From: Pseudomonadota bacterium
GTDB lineage: Bacteria > Bdellovibrionota_B > Oligoflexia > Oligoflexales > RGVZ01
Assembly: GCA_041178085.1 (NCBI GenBank)
Contig: JBEGVZ010000124.1
Location: 1 to 34,730, forward strand
Direction: 5' to 3'
Length of the DNA: 34,730 nt
Of the stretch, positions 19,170 to 29,718 are shown piece by piece. Numbering within the stretch: the first letter of the stretch is position 1; every line of letters starts with the position of its first letter. Below the pieces are notes generated by a model that worked only from the letters and a program-made list of their open reading frames with translations, did not search any database and was not told the origin of the DNA. Made by a program: the position numbers and the translations under genes.

Positions 19170-20744
19170 TCACAAGAATGTCCCGCCGGCAGCCATCACC
19201 CTGCCGCCGGCAAGCACCAGACCTTCATGCAACTTTACCTGGCATGGAGTCACGGGGTTCGAGGCCAAAACCTCAAGGCATTCCAACACCGTACGTGCGT
19301 GACCACCTGTGACGACAATCCGCACGGAGCGACCCGGCTGCGCCGCTCGTGTGGCAACCAGCGCGATCAGCTCCCGCACCATACCCACGAGCCCTGCTTT
19401 TTGCCCGCCAAGGATTGCACCTTGCGTTGAAAAACCTGGAACGCCCATCACCGGCATCCGGTGGGCTTCCGCCCGCAAGTCAGGCAATGCGGGAGCAGCT
19501 TCATGAAGGGACCGCAGTGCCGTGGCGATGCCTGGCACAATAATACCGCCCAGATGACGGCCAGCAAACGATACGACATCCATCGTCGTCGCTGTCCCCG
19601 CAGAGATAACGATGCCGAAGGACTGATCATCCCCACGCTCATGCCGCGCAAGACCAGCCAGGAAACCCTCAAGCGCAGCGACGCGATCCATCCCAATTTG
19701 GTCCCACGCATAATCTGAGCGCAGGAACACGGGACGCTTCGGCACAACGTGCAAGCCAAACCCAAACTCCCGTGCCAGGCCCGCAAGACGTTCGAGGTTG
19801 CTGCGGCTGACCGCAACCACATGAACGCGACGGCCGCGCAGGTGCGCACCATCAAACGTGGATGTGTCACCGGAAGCCAGTGTCGCCTGCCACGACGGGT
19901 TCTCCGCAGAAATCCCAGGCCAGTCAGCGATCTTTATGCGCGTGTTGCCAACATCTGCAATCGCGACTGGCATGTCGGCCTGAAATTCCCAGCGCCAGTC
20001 GTGCTCCGCGCTGCTCAACTTGATGGGACCACCATCCTTGGGACCAAGGCGCAAAGCGCCGTCATCGTCGATCCCGTGATCGATGGCCACTGCGGAAGAA
20101 GACCTGGATATCCAGGCCTGTCCGGGTTCGATGGCGTATTCCAGAAACGCTGCAGGCAATGAGCTCACCGGGACGGCCTGCCATTGGCTGACAATCCAGC
20201 TGGCAAGATCGCGCCCGGTTGTCTCTGCGTCGGGCAACAAACCGGATCCAAGGCCAACTGCATCCTGCAAGCAGATCGTCCGCACGTGCGCATCGCGTCT
20301 GTCGGGGTCAACTGGCAGATCGGGTGCCGCGGCAAGATTCAAACCGATACCAATAAACAGCTCGCCAAAAGCTTCGCCGGTGGAACTTGAGTCGCAAAGG
20401 ATGCCACCCAGTTTGGCTCCGCCAAAAAGAATGTCATTAGGCCACTTGATGGTAAACCTGATGCCAAAATGCTCGCGAAGGAAGCGCGCGACAAGAACAG
20501 CGACTTTCAACGATGCGTGTTCTGCATCGCCTCCCGTCGCCCATGTCGACGCTGGCAGCACGACAGTCATCATCAAGTTGCCAGGAATGCTGGACCATTC
20601 GCGACCGCGCCGCCCCCGGCCATCTCCCTGCATCCGTGCGATAACGGCAAAAGGCGGCTTCGCCGACCCGCTTGCGCACAAGCGTTGCGCTTCGGACTGG
20701 GTCGAATCCACCTGATCAAGGAAGATGAATCTGGTTACGGTCAT
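19170..20744 (-). CDS. birA: Fused biotin-[acetyl-CoA carboxylase] ligase / type III pantothenate kinase (BirA-CoaX)
   Basis: N half: VDSTQ, GRGRRGREW, KWPNDI, KLGGIL; C half: DVGNTRIK, GMDR, SAGTATTMD, GGIIVPG, VVTGG; single open frame. Confidence 0.88.
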   Translation of the reverse strand: MTVTRFIFLDQVDSTQSEAQRLCASGSAKPPFAVIARMQGDGRGRRGREWSSIPGNLMMTVVLPASTWATGGDAEHASLKVAVLVARFLREHFGIRFTIKWPNDILFGGAKLGGILCDSSSTGEAFGELFIGIGLNLAAAPDLPVDPDRRDAHVRTICLQDAVGLGSGLLPDAETTGRDLASWIVSQWQAVPVSSLPAAFLEYAIEPGQAWISRSSSAVAIDHGIDDDGALRLGPKDGGPIKLSSAEHDWRWEFQADMPVAIADVGNTRIKIADWPGISAENPSWQATLASGDTSTFDGAHLRGRRVHVVAVSRSNLERLAGLAREFGFGLHVVPKRPVFLRSDYAWDQIGMDRVAALEGFLAGLARHERGDDQSFGIVISAGTATTMDVVSFAGRHLGGIIVPGIATALRSLHEAAPALPDLRAEAHRMPVMGVPGFSTQGAILGGQKAGLVGMVRELIALVATRAAQPGRSVRIVVTGGHARTVLECLEVLASNPVTPCQVKLHEGLVLAGGRVMAAGGTFL

Positions 20745-21589
20745 TTCGCAATGTTGAACAGAAGACTCAAATCCGTCCAGCGCGAAGAATGAAAAACGGC
20801 ACTGGTGGAGATGAAATCTACGCCTGTCTCGGCGACGCGGCGGACGTTTTCAAGGCGGACATTCCCCGACGCCTCAATCAGCGCCCGACCCTGGATGGTG
20901 CGCACAGCCATCGTCATCTCTGCAGTCGACATGTTGTCGAGCATCAGGACGTGCGCGCCGGCATCCAACGCCTCTTGAACTTCATCGAGGTTGGTTACTT
21001 CGACTTCCACCTTCAAAGTCGGGGGAAGGCTTTCAAGAAGGCGCGACACAGCAGCTTTGATGCCACCGGCAGCCCGGATGTGGTTTTCCTTGACGATCAC
21101 ACCATCGCACAAGCTGAAGCGATGGTTGCGAGCGCCTCCGATCACAGATGCGGATTTTTCAAGGATACGCAGACCAGGTGTTGTCTTGCGCGTGTCAAGA
21201 AGCTGCGTTTTGGTGCCTTCCAGTTGCTCAACAAAGGCACGGGTCATCGTGGCGATCCCGCACATGCGTGCGAGCAGGTTCAGGGCAACACGCTCCGCCT
21301 TCAGGATCGACCGGGCTCTACCTTCTATCTCGATCAGGACATCACCCTTGTCCACCCGCTGTCCGTTTCTTGCACAGACCTTGACGGTGATCGCAGGATC
21401 GACCTTCTTGAACACAGCAGCAGCCACATCAACGCCGGCGACCATGGCAGATTCCTTCGCAACGATGGTCGCGCTGGATTGCTTGTCTGCGGGAACACAA
21501 ATGTCAGTTGTCCAGTCCCCAAAGCCCCAGTCTTCCTCGAGGGCGCGGGTGATGATCGGATCTATCTGTATGGCGTGCAAATCATGCAT
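20741..21589 (-). CDS. nadC: Quinolinate phosphoribosyltransferase
   Basis: ERVALN, DTRKTTPGLR, NHRF.L.D, KENH, EVEV, LDN, EASGN. Confidence 0.97.
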   Translation of the reverse strand: MHDLHAIQIDPIITRALEEDWGFGDWTTDICVPADKQSSATIVAKESAMVAGVDVAAAVFKKVDPAITVKVCARNGQRVDKGDVLIEIEGRARSILKAERVALNLLARMCGIATMTRAFVEQLEGTKTQLLDTRKTTPGLRILEKSASVIGGARNHRFSLCDGVIVKENHIRAAGGIKAAVSRLLESLPPTLKVEVEVTNLDEVQEALDAGAHVLMLDNMSTAEMTMAVRTIQGRALIEASGNVRLENVRRVAETGVDFISTSAVFHSSRWTDLSLLFNIAK

Positions 21590-21616
21590 GGCGGGGGGAC
21601 ATTCCCCCAGGGCGAA

Positions 21617-22441
21617 TCAAATGTCAACGAGGTGTCTTGCCCGTTCCTCGGCAAGGCGGCGGAGCTCAGCGCTGATGACCTCGACAGCAACTTCTTTGAA
21701 GTGCTTCTGGCAATATTCCATCACTGCTTCACGGATCGCCTGCGTCGTCACTGCATCGACCGGTAAAGGGGGCAAGTTCACCGGCATGGGGCCTGGAGCG
21801 CTGGCCGACTTCACAGACGAGGCCGGAGGCGGCGGTGGAGGTGGCGAAAAGCTCGATGCAACCGGCGGCGGGATCGCGCCTGAAGTACCAAACGGTCGAG
21901 TTTCTTCAGCAATTTCAAAGGCTTTCTTGCCTTTTCTGGAGGGGTCCAGCAAATCCGGCGGGAGTGGCGGCAAGCCATCCAGCTGCAAATCCAGTCCAAT
22001 CTCCGGATCCAGGCTCAACGCAGGAGCAGGAGCGGGCGCAGGCGCAATGTCGAACGCTCCGGTCAGCGCGGTGACCAGGCGAATCAATTCGGCGCTATCA
22101 AAGGGTTTTTGAAGCGTACGCTGGACACCGGCCGCGGACAGGTCAGCGTCGCTCAGCGTCCGGTCGTGGGACCCTTGCATAACAACCACCGGCACAGAAT
22201 CAGCTTGTTTCAGCGCTTCTTTGATCTTGGCGATATCGCCGTTGATGCCTGGCAGGTTTGCGTCCAGCAGGATCACACCCACTCCCGGCAAAATACGCGC
22301 CTTCGCCTCGTCCCAGCTGGCTGCGACGTCGACTTTAAGCGGCTGGCGCGCAAGGGCGATCTTGACGACCTTCTGAATGGTCTCAGAATCGTCTGCGACC
22401 AGGACGTGTGCTAGGTTCTTGTTCGGTGACGGGCTGTTCAC
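21617..22441 (-). CDS. Response regulator, RomR-like (receiver domain, Pro-rich linker, C-terminal helix)
   Basis: LVADDSETIQKVV, LLDANLPG, QKPF; Pro-rich linker incl. P7; C-terminal EVAVEVISAELRRL; upstream of nadC. Confidence 0.75.
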   Translation of the reverse strand: MNSPSPNKNLAHVLVADDSETIQKVVKIALARQPLKVDVAASWDEAKARILPGVGVILLDANLPGINGDIAKIKEALKQADSVPVVVMQGSHDRTLSDADLSAAGVQRTLQKPFDSAELIRLVTALTGAFDIAPAPAPAPALSLDPEIGLDLQLDGLPPLPPDLLDPSRKGKKAFEIAEETRPFGTSGAIPPPVASSFSPPPPPPPASSVKSASAPGPMPVNLPPLPVDAVTTQAIREAVMEYCQKHFKEVAVEVISAELRRLAEERARHLVDI

Positions 22442-22474
22442 GTCTCCACCTCTTGGCTGAACAGCTCCAAGATA

Positions 22475-22807
22475 TCAGGATACCTGACGTTTTGCGAGAT
22501 TGTCTGTAATCGCCAGCAAAACAATTTGGCGCAGGTGGCGGGTGGTCTCGCCGAGAGCCTTCACGATCAAGGTGTGATCTTCGGCCGTGAAGTGTGTCTG
22601 ACGGTCCGCATTGATCTCCCGGAAACACTTCAAGCGCAGGTTTTCCAGGTATACCAACTTGCTCTCATATAACCGGCGCAAGGTCTCGGAATCGAGGCCT
22701 TCTCCAGAGATCGGCTGAAGCAAGTCGTTCATGATCTCGCGATAGGTATCGTAGTCGTATTGGTTTCCGATGCGTTCCACGAGCAGCCCTCCTGAATCCT
22801 TGTCCAT
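22475..22807 (-). CDS. Hypothetical helical protein upstream of the romR-like gene
   Basis: 110-aa ORF with protein-like composition, GGAG upstream, co-directional with the operon. Confidence 0.65.
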   Translation of the reverse strand: MDKDSGGLLVERIGNQYDYDTYREIMNDLLQPISGEGLDSETLRRLYESKLVYLENLRLKCFREINADRQTHFTAEDHTLIVKALGETTRHLRQIVLLAITDNLAKRQVS

Positions 22808-22991
22808 GATCGGAGGCTCCCCGGGAAACCTTACCCACCCCGTTTTAACGCCCCTTGTCGAGGAGCGGGCAGGCCGTCAGCCGGCGTCAGGCAAAAACCT
22901 TTTTTTTGCCGATTGCCCAAAGCAGCCGAACGAGCTAACTTCCGGTACTGAAATAGAAAAGATCGACAAATCCACGACCGGAAATGACTGA

Positions 22992-23753
22992 ATGACGATT
23001 TACTCAGGACAGGTCAACCTCACCAGATACAAGGTGCTCGGCGAGGCAAAAACCGGCAAAGCCCCCCCGGCGGGCCGCCCGGTGCCCTTTGCAACGCTTG
23101 ACGATGCCATCACCGGCTGGAAAGCGGCACCGCTCGAGGCCCTGATGGACGAGGGCAAGGGACGGGACATGCGGTTCATGGAAGTCATGACCGGCTGGGT
23201 AGCCCCGGATGGCTTGCTGGCAAGCAGGGAATGGCAGGCCGCAAAAGACGATGCCGGCGGCGAAGCCACCGACTCGGACTGGAGCATGGCCATGGCCGCA
23301 GTCAATGACGGGGTCCTACTGCGCATGCGCATCGACCGCCGGAAGGTCCCTGCCGCCCTGATCAAGGCCGTTTACAAGCAGAAACTCAAACGCGAGGAAA
23401 CCGGCAAATCAGGACGCTCAAAACGCCTGCCGCGCGCAGAACGGGACGCCCTGAAGCAGCATGTCCGGGAATCACTGACCAGCCGTGCGCTGCCTTCGTG
23501 CGCCTTTGTGGATGCGTTCTGGCGAGAAGCCGCAGGCGAGCTCTGGGTATTTACGACATCAGAAACCGCCCTCAAGGCCTTTGAGGAGCTGTTTGCGCGG
23601 ACCTTTGGCGGCAAACTTGAGGTAACACTGGCACGCATCCAGCCGCCGATGACTGCCGCTCCCGCGGACCTGTGGACGGGCACAGCAACGGGCAAGGGAG
23701 ACTCTCTTGCCGAGCAATGGCTGTCCAGCCTTGCTGAAACCACCCCCATGTGA
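22992..23753 (+). CDS. RdgC-like recombination-associated protein (short form)
   Basis: SGQVNLTRYKV, GWV, LRMRIDRRKVPAALIK, LKQHVRESLTSRALPS, FEELFARTFG match the N-terminal half of RdgC. Confidence 0.7.
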   Translation: MTIYSGQVNLTRYKVLGEAKTGKAPPAGRPVPFATLDDAITGWKAAPLEALMDEGKGRDMRFMEVMTGWVAPDGLLASREWQAAKDDAGGEATDSDWSMAMAAVNDGVLLRMRIDRRKVPAALIKAVYKQKLKREETGKSGRSKRLPRAERDALKQHVRESLTSRALPSCAFVDAFWREAAGELWVFTTSETALKAFEELFARTFGGKLEVTLARIQPPMTAAPADLWTGTATGKGDSLAEQWLSSLAETTPM

Positions 23754-23766
23754 ATGAGACCCATCG

Positions 23767-24432
23767 ATGGAGTACCCCTTGAACACCACTGAAAACCCGA
23801 AAAATGCCGATGACACCGGATCTAGCGCTCCTTCAGGGCCGGCGGAATGGATGAAGATGACCCCGGTCGAAATCGGGGAATACTTTTTCCAGTGGCGCGA
23901 CTACACGCCGATCCCGTTGATCATCCTGATGTTCCTGATTGCCAGTCCGACCGCTTTCTCTGCGACTCTGGGACTCATGGTTGTCGTGCTGGGCGAACTG
24001 ATCAGGGTCTATGCGGTCTCGTTTATCGGTGGCGTCTCACGCACCAGGACTCGCAGCACAAACCAAAGACTGATCACGGAAGGCGCCTTCAGCATCGTCC
24101 GTAACCCGCTCTATGTAGGTAACTTCTTCATCACGACAGGCATCGCGCTTTATTCGGGTGTGGGCTGGATGGTCCTACTGGCTGCCATGGCCTTTGCGAT
24201 GCAGTACTACTACATCGTCAAGTACGAGGAATCCCTGCTAACCAGCAAGTTTGGGGTCGAGTACGAAGAATACTTGAAGCAGGTGCCACCTTGGGTTCCG
24301 GCGAAACTCCCAGCCCTGGACAAACTGCCATGGCCGGAGACCTTCGGTCCGGCAATCAAGAGCGAAAAACGCACCTTGATCGCAATCATGGCGGTCATCA
24401 TGCTGCTTATGGTCAGAGGGTTGTTAAAGTAA
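23767..24432 (+). CDS. Isoprenylcysteine carboxyl / phospholipid methyltransferase family membrane protein
   Basis: LITEGAFSIVRNPLYVG, EE..L..KFG.EYEEY.KQVP. Confidence 0.88.
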   Translation: MEYPLNTTENPKNADDTGSSAPSGPAEWMKMTPVEIGEYFFQWRDYTPIPLIILMFLIASPTAFSATLGLMVVVLGELIRVYAVSFIGGVSRTRTRSTNQRLITEGAFSIVRNPLYVGNFFITTGIALYSGVGWMVLLAAMAFAMQYYYIVKYEESLLTSKFGVEYEEYLKQVPPWVPAKLPALDKLPWPETFGPAIKSEKRTLIAIMAVIMLLMVRGLLK

Positions 24433-25438
24433 ACGTAGGATCTGGCCGGTCGTCTTGACTCTGGTTTTTAAGTGCCAGGGCCAGCCCGGCCTGCAACGTT
24501 GCAGGCAGCATCGGAAGGCGCAACGCCACGGACTCTTGAAGTTTCTGAGCGTGGCCAGCCAGGACAGGCATGCGCCCCAGCATGCCAGCAAGCAAGCCTG
24601 CGACGAGTTCGTGAGGATCGCTCCCCCGGATCGTGCTCCCGGCCTGCTGATCCAAAATCGCATCGACAACCATCACAGTCAGCAAGGAGCTGCGCAGCTC
24701 TCTTGCAGGCAGTTTATCGACTGCATCCAGCATGGAATCACCGGGCATGGCTGCAATGCGGTCGGCCTCAAGAACTAGCGCGCGCAATTCACTGACACCT
24801 TGCCCCATCATATCCATCAATGCTTCGTAGTTTGCAGAGATTCCAGTTTTTCCGCTCACACGAGTCCACCAACCCGGCATGATGGGGGCGCCCGCTTCGA
24901 GTCCACGGTCCGGGCCTTCATTGATCGGCAGCATACCGGATTCAGCATCATCCCGGCGCGGCAGCAGCACTGTCCCTTTGCTCGCGTCGCTGAGAGGAAC
25001 TCCAGGCACGAAATTATCAGGAAGGTGTTCCACTTTGGTCGCTTCTTCTTGCAAGAACTTGCTGATTGCCGGATCCATCGTCGTCAGATTGGCCTTTTGA
25101 TCTGCCGCAACAGGCTTGGCATGAGCTTCGGCCTGAAGGCGGCGCCGTTCCTTGCGCAGGACTTCGACCTTGGCGCGACGTCCAAGCCTGAGCAATGCCT
25201 CCTCAGCTATGGCCAAAGCTTCCACGCGTTCGGGTGCGGCGCGGTAAGCGGAGTGGGCGCAAATCAATCCAAGACGGGGCGAGGCGGCAAGCAGCATCTG
25301 CGCCGCCGCGAGCAACTGGTCTACCCGATATTCACCGTCCGGAATATCCTGCAGCAACGCAACAATACGTGCTGCCAGGAGCTCATCCGAAGGATCGGCG
25401 GCAAGCTGCTGCAAAAGGCTGGAAAGGCCAGGATACAT
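24413..25438 (-). CDS. Hypothetical protein, TPR-like helical N-terminus
   Basis: Leu/Ala helical repeats (AYRAAPERVEALAIAEEALLRLGR); GGAGG RBS right after accC. Confidence 0.6.
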   Translation of the reverse strand: MYPGLSSLLQQLAADPSDELLAARIVALLQDIPDGEYRVDQLLAAAQMLLAASPRLGLICAHSAYRAAPERVEALAIAEEALLRLGRRAKVEVLRKERRRLQAEAHAKPVAADQKANLTTMDPAISKFLQEEATKVEHLPDNFVPGVPLSDASKGTVLLPRRDDAESGMLPINEGPDRGLEAGAPIMPGWWTRVSGKTGISANYEALMDMMGQGVSELRALVLEADRIAAMPGDSMLDAVDKLPARELRSSLLTVMVVDAILDQQAGSTIRGSDPHELVAGLLAGMLGRMPVLAGHAQKLQESVALRLPMLPATLQAGLALALKNQSQDDRPDPTFTLTTL

Positions 25439-25460
25439 CCGGAAACCTCCACTCCTTCAA

Positions 25461-26801
<1,341 letters not shown>

Positions 26802-26809
26802 GGCCGGGC

Positions 26810-27301
26810 CTATTCGACGATGAACAGAGGCTGGTCAAACTCAACCGGCTGCTCGTTATCGACCAGAATCTCGCGCACGACGCCGTCAACTTCAGACTCG
26901 ATCTCGTTCATGAGCTTCATGGCTTCTACGATGCACAGCACATCGCCCTTCTTGATCCTTTGACCGACGCTGACAAACGCCTGCGCTCCTGGTTGTGAGG
27001 ACCGGTAGAAAGTCCCCACAAATGGAGATTTGATCATCTTGCCACTTGCGGTGGCAGGCTTCACGTGGGCCTCACCCGCCGCGTGGGCAGCCGAAGCCGG
27101 TTGTGCCGCTGCCTGCATGGGCGCAGCAAAAGGCACCGACATCGCATGCGCTGGCATGTGAGCCCCAAGGGCTGCACCCAGAGGCGCCGCAAAAGAGGGA
27201 GCCTTGATGCTGATTTCCTGGCTCTCGTCCGCGACGCTAAGTTCCTGCATCCCATGCTTGCGCATGAGCTCCATCAGCTTTTCAATCTTTGCGAAATCCA
27301 T
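26810..27301 (-). CDS. accB: Biotin carboxyl carrier protein
   Basis: [18 protein letters not shown] biotinylation motif, Ala/Pro linker. Confidence 0.97.
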   Translation of the reverse strand: MDFAKIEKLMELMRKHGMQELSVADESQEISIKAPSFAAPLGAALGAHMPAHAMSVPFAAPMQAAAQPASAAHAAGEAHVKPATASGKMIKSPFVGTFYRSSQPGAQAFVSVGQRIKKGDVLCIVEAMKLMNEIESEVDGVVREILVDNEQPVEFDQPLFIVE

Positions 27302-27326
27302 TTCAGCAAATCCCTTGAGCGAAAAG

Positions 27327-27887
27327 TTACTTCACTTTTTCAATGTAAGCGTTCGTACGGGTGTCGATCTTGAGCATGTCACCTTCGGAGATATGGAACG
27401 GAACGGATACGACCAAGCCCGTCTCCATCGTCGCCGGCTTGCCGCCGCCGCCCGACGTATCGCCTTTGATATTGGGCTGGGTCTGGGTAACTTTCAAGTG
27501 AACGAAATTATCGACTTCCACTGCCACCGGACGGCCGCGGTAGAACGTCACCATCACGTTGCTGTTTTCGATGATGTAGAATTTGTTGTCGCCGAGCTCT
27601 TCAGAGGTCAGGGTGTACTGGTCGTACGTGCCACTGTCCATGAACGTATACGTGCTGCCATCGTTGTAGAGGTACTGCATGGTCCGGGTTTCGACATCCG
27701 GAATCGCAACCTTTTCGCCTGACTTGAAGGTCACTTCAAGAACCTGGGCGGTTTCAAGGTTACGCAACTTGGTGCGAACAAATGCCGAGCCTTTGCCGGG
27801 GCTCACGTGCTGGAAGTCAACAATGACCCATGCCTTGGCGTTGTATTCTATCTTCAGGCCTTTGCGGAAATCGGTCGTCGAGTACAT
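27327..27887 (-). CDS. efp: Elongation factor P
   Basis: [36 protein letters not shown]; start set at ATG 27887 with AGGGG RBS. Confidence 0.97.
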   Translation of the reverse strand: MYSTTDFRKGLKIEYNAKAWVIVDFQHVSPGKGSAFVRTKLRNLETAQVLEVTFKSGEKVAIPDVETRTMQYLYNDGSTYTFMDSGTYDQYTLTSEELGDNKFYIIENSNVMVTFYRGRPVAVEVDNFVHLKVTQTQPNIKGDTSGGGGKPATMETGLVVSVPFHISEGDMLKIDTRTNAYIEKVK

Positions 27888-28156
27888 CTGGTCCCCTGCT
27901 AATGCTGAACGTTGGTCAGGGGGGCGACTGTAACTCTGAAACGCCATAACTTCAACGAAGTTACGCCAAGGGGCCATCCACAAACTGCCCCTATTGCGTG
28001 GATATGAAAAACTCATAACCAGCTGTGATCAAGAGGGATTTGGTTGTTTCCCAGGGTGTCCGCGCGCGGACATTCCTTGGAGAGCGCTTAACCATCCGAA
28101 ATTACAATATAATTTAAGTCTGTCATACACATCGAATTGGGGCAGTTCAAACGACG

Positions 28157-28879
28157 CTACTTGATCGCCGTATAGACACGATGGACGTCGTCGCAGTCAC
28201 TGATGTCACCCAGGAACTGCTCCACTTCCTTGCGCGCATCAGCGGCAAGCTCGATGGTGTTCTTTGCCCGGTAGCCAAGCTCGGCTTTCGAAACCGCCCA
28301 GCCTTGTTCAGTCAAGGATTTGTTTACTGAATCAAGGTCCGTGGTATCGACGTAAAAAATTGCACCCGTGCCACCCTCCGGGGTGTCTTCGCGGTCCATC
28401 GCCTCGACATTCTGCGCGCCGGCCTCGATCGCGGCTTCCTCGATGTCGATCCCCGTCCGGTTGATGGTGGCCTCGATGATTCCCAGGCGATCAAACATCC
28501 ACGCAACGGCACCGCTGTTGCCCAGCTGCCCCTTGCGGAACAGCGCACGGATGTCACCAGCAGTCCGGTTATTGTTTTCAGTCAGGCATTCGACAATCAC
28601 GGGGACCTGATGGGGGGCGAAGCCTTCATAGGTCAGTGTCGAGTAGACGATGCTTTCGTCATTCTGCCCGGAACCCCTTTTGATCGCCCGTTCAATGGCG
28701 TCTTTGGTCACGGAGTTTTTGCGGGCGTCCTCCAGAGCGGCACGGAGCCGGGAGTTTCCAGCGGGATCAGGCCCGCCCATCCTGGTGGCCACGGTGATTT
28801 CCTTCACCAGCTTGCCGACGATCTTGCCTTTGCGGTTTGCCGCATCCATCTTGCCTGCGTGCTTCCATTGCGCACCCAT
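28157..28879 (-). CDS. yebC: YebC/PmpR (TACO1) family protein
   Basis: MGAQWK, GGPDP.GN.RLR, IERAIKRG, YEG, TENNNRT, DDVHRVY. Confidence 0.93.
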   Translation of the reverse strand: MGAQWKHAGKMDAANRKGKIVGKLVKEITVATRMGGPDPAGNSRLRAALEDARKNSVTKDAIERAIKRGSGQNDESIVYSTLTYEGFAPHQVPVIVECLTENNNRTAGDIRALFRKGQLGNSGAVAWMFDRLGIIEATINRTGIDIEEAAIEAGAQNVEAMDREDTPEGGTGAIFYVDTTDLDSVNKSLTEQGWAVSKAELGYRAKNTIELAADARKEVEQFLGDISDCDDVHRVYTAIK

Positions 28880-28953
28880 CTGTTACTCTCCGCTGCGTGT
28901 CCAGTTGATGGCCCGAAAGTAAACCACAACTTCACGGGTCAGAGAACAAATGA

Positions 28954-29619
28954 TCAAGGGGCCGTTGGGGCTGAAGCCAGGGTCCCGTGCCGCAGGATCC
29001 GAAGGAGAGGACCCCGGAAGCGGGCCAGGTCCGCCCAGCGTTCCCGCTGGATCCCCTGACCTGGCTCCCGGATATCCCGCCCGCCAGTGGCGTGGATGAT
29101 ATCGCCCTTGCCCTGCCCGTGGCGACGTTCCAGCAAAACCACATGCCCCTTGTAAACCAGGAGATCCCCGGGGACTGCTTTGGTTGCATCAGGTGGCAAG
29201 GCACTGAAACCGAAGTCTTTTTGCAAGCGGGCATCGCTCAACGCGATCATGTCCTTTGAGGTCAGGTAGGCGTGATTGATGCCCGCCCGGTCGAAAACCA
29301 ATTGCGTAAAATGGCTGCAATCAAGGCTGCACCGGGCGCATTCAGGACAGGCGGATACCCGACGCGAGGAGGAAGGTTGTTTGCTCTCCAGGCAGGAGTT
29401 ACATGCGATGCAATCGGTGGCTGTGCCCAGGTTCTTGCCGCCGTAAACATAAGAAACTTCGGCTTCCTCAAGCAGCTGGCGGGCCGCCCCGACCACCCTT
29501 TGCTGGGTAGGGTTCAATTTTTCGCCAATCCGGATCCGAACACGTTCCGTGGCAAGACTTTGATCTGCCGCCAGAAAAACAATTAACGCAATGATTTTAT
29601 TGGCTTTTATAAACTTCAA
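28954..29619 (-). CDS. Secreted NlpC/P60 (C40) peptidase with Cys-rich insertion; TTG start preferred (GTG 29643 possible)
   Basis: YVYGG, LDCSHF (catalytic Cys), PGDLLVY.GHV (His), IIHA; GGAG RBS; hydrophobic signal peptide. Confidence 0.8.
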   Translation of the reverse strand: MKFIKANKIIALIVFLAADQSLATERVRIRIGEKLNPTQQRVVGAARQLLEEAEVSYVYGGKNLGTATDCIACNSCLESKQPSSSRRVSACPECARCSLDCSHFTQLVFDRAGINHAYLTSKDMIALSDARLQKDFGFSALPPDATKAVPGDLLVYKGHVVLLERRHGQGKGDIIHATGGRDIREPGQGIQRERWADLARFRGPLLRILRHGTLASAPTAP

Positions 29620-29718
29620 ACGCAACTCCGGCGCGACCGGCACAGACGCGCGTGACAGGTTTCCTCATTTCTACCGATAATAACAAAAAAGACATCCCGT
29701 GCATCCCGTGAGCAAGCG

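Noticed and set aside
20789..22112. 325-aa and 373-aa plus-strand ORFs opposite nadC and the romR-like gene
   Set aside because: Antisense shadow ORFs with no protein-family features
27888..28016. N-terminal extension of EF-P
   Set aside because: EF-P homology and RBS begin at 27887
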